From the human T2T-CHM13v2.0 reference genome, Homo sapiens: DNA of 64,000 nucleotides. A model generated the notes under the pieces. That model worked only from the letters and a program-made list of their open reading frames with translations, was not told the origin of the DNA and ran no database searches. Each line of letters opens with the position of its first letter. Position 1 is the first letter of the stretch. Below are positions 1-10,539 of this stretch, piece by piece. A program made the translations under genes and the position numbers. The stretch lies in NCBI RefSeq assembly GCF_009914755.1, contig NC_060948.1. One strand, 5' to 3'.

Positions 1-1137
1 ACACAATTCCTTGAAAACGAAAGTTCCACAAGGGCGAAACAAGAAAACAAATTTAACACCCCCCAAAGAAAGTACGAAGAGTAACCTCAAAAGAACCGCA
101 GGGGAAAACAATTCAAAATTTACAAGTATCTACCCTAAAAGAAGCTGAAAGTCCCTCAAAAACTTTCCAGAGGCCATGTCCTTGTATTACAAAAATGATC
201 ATAAAAACTGGCAGGAGTAGACGAATAGAAATGCATCTTAAAACTTGCTGAACACTTCAAGTCTCCCATAAGAATTGTAATGGAAAATGGATCAGTCGGC
301 AGTTTTTTCCATACAATTATGAACAAATTATATTTCTTCATACATAGATTTGTTTTTTCAATATTCTAAGGAATTAACTTTTATATTAATAGTAGGTGAT
401 GTAAGAAAGCAGGCCTTTATCAAGATAACTGACACTGGATGTCCATACCATTACTCAGGTGGGCCTTAATTCCCAGCCAGGTTCCCTCCCTGGACACACA
501 CTGAAGGTCCCCAGCCATTTGGCAATCTCTTCACATTCCCAGCCCTGGAGGTAGCCCTAAAATACATGTACCTGAAGAAAATAAAACATTGCCTCACACT
601 GGAGCCCAGTGTGGTCCTCCAGATTCCGTGTGAGGTGGACTAACTTATATGGGAAGGCAGGGCAGCGGGAGTGAGGATGGCAGAGAGGATTACACATGTC
701 AAGGCAGCCGGGGTCATGGAAACAAAACATGACTGGCCTGGGAGAAACACTGTGAAAGGACACAGACCTAGGTGGGCCTCAGGTGGACATCCTCGTGGAG
801 AAAAAGGGGGCCCTGGTTGATCTCAAAATGAGCCCCAGGTGGTAGCAGGTCTTACCGCAGGGCAGGGAGCTGGCGAGTAATGATGAGACAGCTATCCCTT
901 AAGCCCTGCTTGTCACCCACTGACTTTAGCCACATATGCATCATAGTGGCTTAAGGTGCCCCGATCCTGAAATGTGGGTGTTACGTGTCCCTGATGGGCC
1001 TCTCTCCCCCAACCCACGGATTGCCTGGGATTGCTCACTGCAGTCTCCTCCCGGATCCTTGGGTTCTCCATGTGGGGCCCAGATCCAGGTCAAAAGGCCT
1101 CTCAGTTCCCAGCCCTTCCCAGCCCTAGGCTGCTCGC

Positions 1138-3340
1138 CTGGCCTCCTCTCTGTTCCGCCTCTAGGGCTGACCCTCTCTCCATGGGATAGAACTGCAATGG
1201 ATTGAGCCATAGGCCCTGGCTGATGATCTAGGGGACTGCAGAAGTGGGTCCAGGACAGTTCAGGTGACAGTTCAAAGCCAATTCCCCAGAGACCAAGGAA
1301 TGACCAGCTAGGTCCTTTCCCATGATGCCCCATGGCGAACCCCACCTCAGCAATCCTGCCAAAACCCGGGCAGTCATGTTCAGCCAAACAGCTGAATGAG
1401 CTCAGGTAGGAGGTGTACTGCCTGCAGCTGGAGGCTTGACCTTCGTGATCCCAGAACCGCTGGACTGCAGTGGAATGAGACACCCTGTAGCCTGCAGGGA
1501 GAGGAGTCAGGAAGGTTCATGCCAGTCCCACCCTCCCACACACCAGCTCCCCTACCATGCTGGGAGGCATTCCTTACCGAGGATGCCAACACAGTGCTCC
1601 TTCATGATGATTTCACTGTGGAAATAAAGGTTGGGATGAAAGGAAATCATCCTGCCACCGGTAACCGGGATGGCTGAGTTCCTCCACCTGCCGGATCAAG
1701 GAGAAAGAGGATGGATTCAATGGGACCATCTCAACTAGCTGGGCTGAGGTGGCCTACTAGCTGTAGTGAACCATGAGTTTCCCCTTCCCAGCTCTCCCAC
1801 TGAGACAACCCTGGTCCCCAGGGGGACCTCAAACTGACTCAGACACTGGACTCCTCCCACAGACCCAGGCTCCCCAGCCTGACCTGCAAATCCATCACGT
1901 AGCAAAGCAGGACTTCCGCATGCTTTCCGACCCACGCCGACATCTCGTGTGCCAAACAATCTACCTCTGCGCAAGAACTCTCCAGAGGATTGGGTGGGCA
2001 AGCCTCGTGACGCCTTGCAATTTCGCAAGAACACAGACAATGTGGAACAGGGCCATCTCCCAGACATTTGGCCAGTCACCCTTCATTGTTGGCCCTCTAT
2101 CTCTGTCTGGCGAGGAGGCAACGCCACAACTGTGGTGGTTTTTGGAGTGGGTGGACCCCGGCCAAGACGGCCTGGGCTGACCAGAGACGGGAGGCAGAAA
2201 AAGTGGGCAGGTGGTTGCAGCTGAGGGACGGGAGGGACCGGGGGTGGTGTGAGGCGGCTGCTTCTCTGAGTTTCTGAGATGCAGGAGGCCTTTGTGTGCT
2301 GGGTGCTGGACATGCTCCGCTGATGTCCGGGTGTGTGGTGTCCTCTTATCCTAGTCTCCCTGAGGGGTGGGCCTGTCCACCTGAGGGAAGCCTTGTAGTT
2401 AGAAGCCACAGCAGGGTCGTGCCTGGCGCTCTCCAAGGGAATTGCGTGGGTCCAGAGGAAGTTATACAGGCTCAGGGCCTACACGCCTTTGAGTGCAGCG
2501 CCTGCAGTTGGATGAATGCGCATCTGCGGAGCTGGTGCCCGCCGTCAGGTGGTCGGCAGCCCCATGCGCCGCGAACCCGTCTTAAGCACCTTGTGTTTCT
2601 GGGGTGAGCCTGCTGGAAACAGGCACCGAGAGCAGGGGTGGTTCAATGGCTGGTAATGGCATACAGATTCCCCGTCCTCCAGGGACGTTCCCAGGGAAAC
2701 GCGTCCTTCGAATTTGGGCTGTGCGCAAAGGGACCTTGGCGCCGCGATTCTCCCTTGTCAGTGCTGGCCCTGGCTCCCCTTCCCTACCACGTGCTCCCAG
2801 GGCTGCTACAAGCGAGCTGCCCTCACAGCTGCGGGAACGTGGCCTCGGCTCCCACGCTGTCCCCCATCCCCTGCCTCCTGGCTGACCCCACGTGCCTCCC
2901 ACCTGGCTCCTCCCCCCAAACAGCCCCCATACCCCCCGAGGCCCGATGACTATCCCCTGCTGCCCGCCATCCCAAATCGGCAGCCGCAAGGATATGGCTC
3001 TGGCTCACAAGGCGGAGATGCTCTGTGGCCTGGGGCATTCACGGAGCCCAGCTCCAAGTGAAGGACCTCCAGCGAGTCCATTGACGGCCCCGGTGTGCTC
3101 GGTCCAGGGCCAGGCTGTGCCCGCTGGCCCTCCTTCTGCCACCCCACGTCGGGCTCCACCTCAACCACCACCTCCACCTCAGCCATGATGTCTTCCACCT
3201 TCAGCACCGCCTCCTCTTCCAAGGCCGCCTCCTTGCTCTGTACCCCGGCCGTCCTCTCCAGCATTGCCTCCAGCCTGAACACGGTTTTCTCCTGGGTGCT
3301 CCCACAGACCCTGGGCCTGCGCAGCCCAGCCCAGCCCAGC
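1138..3340 (-). pseudogene. FAM197Y: Head-to-head degenerate TSPY paralogue (FAM197Y/CYorf16 locus), copy 1
   Basis: Minus-strand homologues of TSPY exon 1 (~3020-3340, [22 protein letters not shown]), exon 2 (1884-1960), exon 3 (1578-1687), exon 4 (1346-1491) and exon 5 (1138-1227). Frameshifts in exons 2 and 3. The symbol is assigned from known array organisation, and the transcript ends are not determined. Confidence 0.85.
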
Positions 3341-4910
3341 CCATGCCCCGCACCCGTAGGCTCTGGGGGCCCGCTCCCCAGCAGACCCGCTCCCTGCAAG
3401 ACCCACGGGCGTCGCCCTGCTGTGAACCTGGTCCCACACCTACGTGGACCCAGGTTTCCTGAGGAGCTCCGCTGGACCCGCAGATCCCGCACTGGCCAAA
3501 GGGCTCCGGTCCCCAGCAGGCTCAACTGCGCACAGGAGCTCGGGAGCCAGAGGCCCCGGCCCTGGGCTTGCAGAGCCCCACCAACAGGCACCGCAACCGC
3601 TGCTGCGGGTGCGGGAGCCTCTGGGTCGTCAAGGCAGCGCACAACAGCGTGCGCGCAGGCCAACAATGGCCAACCCTGGCGGCTGGCCTCTGGTGTGCCC
3701 AGGGCATAGGACAAGAGGCCCTTTGGAATGCTCCCTGGAGTACAGCATCCTCAGGGAGGAAGCATGGTACTCGGAGCCTCTATTTGCCTCGACCTGTGAG
3801 AGTGTGTGCCGGGGCTCTGGCCTCTACAGCAGATCAATTCCACCTCAGCACCGGCAGGCGACTTTCCTCCCACGTGCCCGCCCCGATCACTTCCCCCAGG
3901 ACACCCCTGCCGCCCTAGCCCCAGCAACCAGAGAGAGTTCTCTGCATCTGCTGTATTACCTCCGTACCATCTACCTGGCCTGCCTAACGAAGAGAGATGT
4001 TTCCTGTGTTCATGACACATAGAGATGTTCATGGCTTGCCACACTGAGGATGTCAGGGCACAGGGCTGCCATGCCCACAATTCCAAAGGCCACGCAGCCC
4101 GCGTGTGCCCGGATGCCTAGCTACCCGGCACAAGCTCCAAGGGCTTCTCGGAGGAGGCTTGGGCAGGGAAGGCGGGGGGTGGGGGGGCTGGAGATGCAGG
4201 CCCGCCAGTGGCTGTGCCGCCCAGGGAGACGCCCACCGCCCTCCCATTGATTGGCCACGACGGGAGGAAGTCGGCCTGGGTGCGGCCCCCCGGCCCTTCG
4301 CGCGCAGTCCCTTAGGGGGCGCCTGGAAGCCCGGCGCATGCGCCCTGAGGGCTCGCTGACCTACCGGGTGCCAGAGAGGCTGCGGCAGGGTTTCTGTGGC
4401 GTGGGTCGGGCAGCACAGGCCTTGGTGTGTGCGAGTGCCAAGGAGGGCACCGCCTTCAGGATGGAGGCTGTACAGGAGGGGGCGGCCGGGGTGGAGAGTG
4501 AGCAGGCGGCTTTGGGGGAGGAGGCGGTGCTGCTGTTGGATGACATAATGGCGGAGGTGGAGGTGGTGGCGGAGGAGGAGGGCCTCGTGGAGCGGCGGGA
4601 GGAGGCCCAGCGGGCACAGCAGGCTGTGCCTGGCCCTGGGCCCATGACCCCAGAGTCTGCACTGGAGGAGCTGCTGGCCGTTCAGGTGGAGCTGGAGCCG
4701 GTTAATGCCCAAGCCAGGAAGGCCTTTTCTCGGCAGCGGGAAAAGATGGAGCGGAGGCGCAAGCCCCAGCTAGACCGCAGAGGCGCCGTCATCCAGAGCG
4801 TCCCTGGCTTCTGGGCCAATGTTGTATCCTTCTCAGTGTTTCTTCGGCCTTTCTAGTGGAGAGGTGCTCTCGGGGAAGTGTAAGTGACCGATGGGCAGCT
4901 CGGCGTCGAT
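2480..4910. promoter_or_regulatory. GC/CpG-rich island spanning TSPY exon 1 and the divergent paralogue
   Basis: Visibly high GC and CpG density against AT-rich flanks. Boundaries approximate. Repeated at ~22780-25210 and ~43085-45530. Confidence 0.75.
4230..4275 (+). promoter_or_regulatory. TSPY proximal promoter: GC box, inverted CCAAT box, ETS-like site
   Basis: CCGCCC at 4236, ATTGG at 4250-4254 and GGAAGT at 4266, all 70-100 bp upstream of the ATG. No TATA box. Confidence 0.55.
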
Positions 4911-6900
4911 GTGACTCTTTGGGGAACAAAGGGGAGTTGCCACGGACCAATGTGGCTGTGGAAAGCCGGAGCAGGCGTGGGTACTATTGTCCTGCATGCG
5001 GCAGAGAAACCCTTGGTGATGCCGAGCAGCAGACGTTTGGGGCATCTTTTTGAAGAGCAGAAGCGAGTTCAGAGCGGAAGAGGTTTTTCAGTGAATGAAG
5101 CTATTTTTAAGGGAGTGTGATTGCTGCCCCTTGCTAGTCCGATCTGGGACTGGGCGTCTTCGGCTATAAGCAGATTCTGCCACTCCTCAGACACCAGCAA
5201 GTCTCTGCAAATCGCGCCTCCCCATGTCAGTGCAGTCAGCCTCAGAATCATACACCCTCTGTGAACACAGGAGGCCTTAGTTTACGGGGACGGGGAGGCG
5301 AAAGGAGATCATACATGGAAGCAGATCTGAGAAATCCCCTACCCCAGCCTCTGGGTGCTCTTAGGCCTTCTTCCCTGTTGCTCCTCGCTTTCCCTTCCAT
5401 CGTGTGTAAAGTCTCTTTGACCTAAATCAGATTGCAAACCACCCCCAGATGTCAGCCCTGATCACTGACGAAGATGAAGACATGCTGAGCTACATGGTCA
5501 GCCTGGAGGTGAGGCCAGGAAGACTGGGGCTAGAGGGTTTAGCGGGGGAGGGTAAGGGAAATAATTCATTCCTGTAAGCAAGAGTGAGCACCTCACCCGA
5601 AAACCTATCTAAGCTTTCTCCACCTTGTCCTGACAGGTGGAAGAAGAGAAGCATCCTGTTCATCTCTGCAAGATCATGTTGTTCTTTCGGAGTAACCCCT
5701 ACTTCCAGAATAAAGTGATTACCAAGGAATATCTGGTGAACATCACAGGTGACAGGTGGCTCCCAGGATGGGTAGTGGAAGGAAGATGGTGGGTGGATCA
5801 TTGCCAACGGGATCCAGCCCCCTTCCCACAAAAACTCCTGTCTCTGTAGAATACAGGGCTTCTCATTCCACTCCAATTGAGTGGTATCCGGATTATGAAG
5901 TGGAGGCCTATCGCCGCAGACACCACAACAGCAGCCTTAACTTCTTCAACTGGTTCTCTGACCACAACTTCGCAGGATCTAACAAGATTGCTGAGGTGAG
6001 TCCTCACTGGGAAACATGAGGAATGACCCCGTGTGTTCCCAGCTGCTTGGGTCACCTTTCTGAGCCCTGATGAGGCCTTTCCCGATTGAGTCCCCTGACA
6101 GATCCTATGTAAGGACCTGTGGCGCAATCCCCTGCAATACTACAAGAGGATGAAGCCACCTGAAGAGGGAACAGAGACGTCAGGTGAGCCGTTAGTTGGC
6201 ACTGGAGCTGTTTGATGCCCAGTATAAGGGGGTTGACACACCTGCCTATTCAGGGAGCCTGGGTGCTCATTTCAGAAATGTAGAAATTGAGGCTCCTTTC
6301 GTACATGTAGAAATTCCTTGAGAGGAAGACAGAGAGTGACAGAATCCAGGACGTTCATGGCATTGGGCTGAAAAGGCACGTTAGAGACTGCACTGCAAAG
6401 CGGGTGATAGCTGTGGAGTCTTAAGCCCAGTGAAGAATCGTCCATTTCCAGAATCAATGAGAAGTAAAGCTGAAAATCATTCAGTTCAGTCTGTGGCACT
6501 TGATTCCACGGCTGTCAACCCCACCGGCAGTCATCCCACCAACCCCATGAGATTGGGCTCCCTGAATGTGCGTCCTGGTCATCCTTGCCCCAAACCACAA
6601 AGGACTGTTTAGATTGATGGATTTCCTTAAGCTGTTGCCCCATCAGACTTGTGTGTGCTTTTAGGGCCCAGTGCATCTTGTTAGCTGACTCCCCTCACAG
6701 ACAATACTGGGAATGGGGCAGGGATTGCGCAGAACAGTTTGTAACACGTGGTAGGAGGAAGTTTAAGGGATCACAAATGGGGAAGGGATATCCTTTTCTC
6801 AGCGGGCCCCACAATTGAAACATTTCAAAGTATGGCTCAGAGAAAATGCGTTTTAACATGAGTTTGTGTTTCTCTAGGGGACTCCCAGTTGTTGAGTTGA
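4338..6900 (+). CDS. TSPY: Testis-specific Y-encoded protein (NAP/SET family), 308 aa, copy 1
   Basis: Exons 4338-4823, 5431-5508, 5637-5748, 5850-5995, 6102-6183, 6878-6900, all GT-AG. Translation [18 protein letters not shown]...PGFWANV|[10 protein letters not shown]...|[27 protein letters not shown]...|...NKIAE|[14 protein letters not shown]...GDSQLLS*. The specific paralogue number cannot be assigned from sequence alone. Confidence 0.97.
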
Positions 6901-7070
6901 ATATGATGGAGCATCAGATTTTACCTAATACAGCAGAACTCCTAAAAAGTTACAGCCATATGCAGGACGGCAGTACTCAGCATGGTCTTATGCACAGGAA
7001 CTAAAGGAAAAAGAGATCGAGTCACAAAAATTCAGGAAGAGGGGGTAAATGTGGATTGTATGGAATGAAA

Positions 7071-7076
7071 AATAAA
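7071..7076 (+). terminator. TSPY polyadenylation signal, copy 1
   Basis: AATAAA 170 bp after the stop codon, followed by a GT-rich tract. Confidence 0.85.
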
Positions 7077-7098
7077 CATTCTCAAGGATGTGTGACTC

Positions 7099-7154
7099 TG
7101 TGTCTGTGTGTGTGTGTGTGTGTGTCTTTCTGTTTGTGTGTGTGTGTGTGTGTA
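7099..7154. repeat. Compound (TG)n microsatellite
   Basis: Interrupted TG runs. Length and interruptions differ at ~27398-27454 and ~47722-47776. Confidence 0.95.
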
Positions 7155-9813
7155 TGTTTATCCACTTTATTCGGGTGTCATAATGAATTGATCAATCCAC
7201 GTGCTTTATTCTCTTCATGGAAATAACCAGTCTGCGTTGGAGCTGGGCCTCTAAAGTTGTAGAGTGAATGGGTGTGGGATGTGTTGGGATTCTTCCTACA
7301 GGACAGAGTGGGAGAGGTAAAAGCAAAAGACAGCTTAGTTGGAGGCTGACTTCGTCCTGTGGAAGCAGAGATAGTTCAAGGAAAGGGGTTACTGGGTTTC
7401 CAGGGCCCAGTTTGCTGGGACCTCCAAAATCCTTCATTTTGGGTATCATCATACACAGTAGCTAAGCACAGGATGATGGAAATCTTAAAGTTCGCTTTCG
7501 TGTTGAATCCACATGTTCTTTTAAAGGTGAATGCATGATCCTTTTCTGGGACAATCAGCCTCTCAGGACTTCTGAAACATCAACGTGAGAAGAAATGGGC
7601 ATGTAAGGTGTATGGAGGGACTGTGGGAAAGGTGACAGAGGCATGTGGGAAGGCATTCAGGATACGCTTTTGGCATAGATGACTAAGGGAAAACAGAAAC
7701 TTACAGAAGTGAGGGGAAAGGGGGTGGATTAGTGGAATATAAGATTGTTGGAGAATCCATCCATGGACTCTCTTGTCACTTGATGACCCAGGATATGGAC
7801 ACTCTTGTTGATGTTTACATCTTTAGTTGTTTTAAGCTTTTCTCCAAGATTCTGTGTTAGGTGAGGAGCCAATAACGTATGTAGCTAACAACAGTACGAG
7901 TGCATTTTGTGCTCTTGCAAAGTCTAGTGAGGCTCTATTCTCCCTCGTGATTGGCACTGCAGATTGTATCTGGAGCCCAGGGCCCCTAAATTTTCTGTGG
8001 CCTCTTCAGCATAGTTTGCCTAAGGTTTAGAACGTAAAGCGAATATAGTTGCGGAATATGTTTTGCAAGCCTCACACAGGAGGACAAAACATACAGCTTT
8101 CATTCGCGAGTGGGAGGCTGCTTCCCAGGAACACGTGTGTCTGCACAAGACAAGGGGTTGCCTCTGTCAAGGATGGGGCAGGAGGATTTCAGTGTCGGAG
8201 GCAGAACTTTCTTTCCTGTTCCCAGATGAAACAGTTCCAACACGAGCATCCATGTTGACCACACGCTACTAGAGTGCTAACATTGCTGTCCCGTATAGAC
8301 TCTGGTCAGCACAGCTTCTGTGAGAAGAGCTATGTTGTTTCAGGGAAGAGGGTTTGACAGTCAAAGTTCCTGAATCTGTTGTGGTGCCTGCAATATGCAT
8401 TCTACCCCTCCTGCTCGGTGTCAAAGCAGTTGAGCTTTGAAAATCTATCGCCTGGTTTTGTCCCTGCTCCTATGCAGACCTCTGAAGCTCTGGAGCGGGA
8501 GTCTTGTCCTCCTCTGACTACCGTCCCCCTGACCCACAAACACAGGAGAAACAGGTGTTCTAAGCAAATTATTCTGAAAACAGTCGGAACACTTTGGCCC
8601 CCTCAAGCTGCCCTCTATCCTACTGTGTGCATGTCAAAGACACTGTGGTCCAGTACGGTATCCCTATAGCGGCAATGGGGCAACAGATTGGTGTGTGCAC
8701 TCTGGGCAACTCAGATTAGGAAACGTCTGGGGACTTGCCTATAACGAGGTCGTCTTAAAACGTGTTGCCCCAAATTTAAGGCATAGGAAAATGTTGAGGA
8801 AAGGGTCTTGCAATGATTTTTCTAGGAGGTAAATAGATAAGAAAATGACCGTAAATAGATGCCAGGGCTAGTTTTGGAGCTAGCCTGTTTTAAAGTGGTG
8901 GTAGGGGAGGAGCTTTTTCCAAGGCAGGTAGCAAACCAGGAACTGTCTACGATGGATGGGTGTGCCACGGGTTGGTGGCTCAGCCATATTGCCACCCCAC
9001 CGAGTGAATGCAGCAGACTGGGCTTCTTCCTTGAATCCTACGTGCAATTCAGTCTAGTGATTTCACATGAGATCCCTTCTTCTGGTATTATCACAGATCG
9101 TGCTGAATTATACAGGCTGTGTAATGCTTCTTCCACTGAATATCCGTGCACGTGGGCCACAGATGCTAAGGGCACTGACAAATTTGCACCGTGCCTCAGT
9201 AACTCGGAAGCACATCTGTGATTTGTACCGACAGGGACTTGGTGTCTTTTCGTGTTTAAAGTAGCACGTGTGTGTTTGTGGTTGCGTATGTTTATTTCTC
9301 TGTGCGGGTTTGTATATTTTCTCTGACTCCACCTGTGTCTCCGTGGTTCCGATATTTTTCCACACTCCCTGCGACAATTTGCACATGCCTATCTCTACAA
9401 CCATTGTAGACTTTGTATCTGTGTCTTTGAACATCTGTCACTCTCTCTCCCTTCCTTTTTTCTTTTCCTTCCTTTACACCCCTTTCATCCTTCCCTTGCT
9501 TCCCCACCACACTCTCTCCATCTGTATCGTCTATCTTTCTATTCTCTATCTGGGTTTACTTTCTAATTCTGAATTCAAGGGCATTGAATTGAAAAGAAGC
9601 ACTCTTCGTACTTTTATGTGTTTTAACTCATTTGGGGAATTTGGCGTGGTATTATTTACAGGGTTCTCTCTGCCCTTTCTCATTGTTCTCCCCAGCCGGG
9701 GCTGTTATTATGTGAAAGCTGGTTTCCTTCATCACATCGCGTAGGCTCTAATGATGTTTCGTTTATTTTGATTCTCCTCACACTACATAGTTTTAATTTA
9801 CCTAATGTGACTG

Positions 9814-10119
9814 TTTTTTTGTTTGTTTTCCGAGAATGGGTCTTACTCTGTCTTCTAGGTTGGACAGCAGCCCCACGATCTCAGCCCACTGCAGCCCAGG
9901 CACCACACACCCATGTGATCCTGTCAACTCAGACTCTCACACACCTGGCAGTACAGGTGCATGCCACCCCTCCAAGCTATGTATTAATTAACTAAATACT
10001 TACTTTTTGAATGTGGGTCCATGTTGCCCCAGGCTCATCTGGAACTCCTGAGTGCAGGCAATCCTCCCACCTCAGCTTATCAAAGTGCTGGGATGACAGG
10101 TGTGACCCATGGCCCTGCC
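9814..10119 (-). mobile_element. Old diverged Alu (AluJ-like)
   Basis: T-rich tail, then GGGTCTTACTCTGTC...GAACTCCTGAG...CAAAGTGCTGGGATGACAGGTGTGA. Copies at ~30115-30420 and ~50437-50742. Confidence 0.85.
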
Positions 10120-10259
10120 ATGGCTTTGTGTTTTTTGCTTTTTTCTTCCTCCTCCTCACGTCTTGTTTTGAAACATGCACTGAAGGTTTCAATTCATGGA
10201 CTATAGCCTCTGTGCCTGGAATTTCTATCTTTCAACTCATCATCAGCATTCATTGGGAT

Positions 10260-10263
<4 letters not shown>

Positions 10264-10309
<46 letters not shown>

Positions 10310-10426
10310 ATATAAGAATACCTATGTACACACATATATACGTATATACATGTATATACGTATATATGCACATTTATATACGTATATACATGTATATACG
10401 TATATATATACATGTACACATATGTA
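10264..10426. repeat. (TA)n microsatellite plus TATATACG/TATACATG low-complexity repeat
   Basis: Pure AT run at 10264-10306, then patterned repeat. Copies start at 30565 and 50887. Confidence 0.95.
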
Positions 10427-10539
10427 TTTATTTCTCAAGTTACGAAACGGCTTGCATTCTTTCCTGTGTCATGAAAAAGACTTTGCTAGAAAAGAAAAGC
10501 ACTGCTTTATAATAAAATATTTTATTTGCATTTATTTTG

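Noticed and set aside
1578-1960. Possible compensating frameshifts (-1 in exon 2, -2 in exon 3) restoring a full paralogue ORF
   Set aside because: The shifted frame hits TGA near the end of exon 2 (GCT ACG TGA), so no continuous protein results.
2950-3714. 254-aa minus-strand ORF as a whole protein
   Set aside because: It starts at TTG. Only the part below ~3340 is TSPY-like, and the rest is an open frame expected in GC-rich DNA.
2068-4712. Many overlapping Pro/Gly/Arg-rich ORFs on both strands
   Set aside because: These reflect stop-codon scarcity in the CpG island and antisense shadows of TSPY exon 1, with no recognisable domains.
4251-4856. 201-aa ORF with an N-terminal extension and a [11 protein letters not shown]-terminus
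   Set aside because: It starts at a TTG inside the promoter CCAAT box and reads through the exon-1 donor. The true CDS starts at ATG 4338 and splices at 4823.
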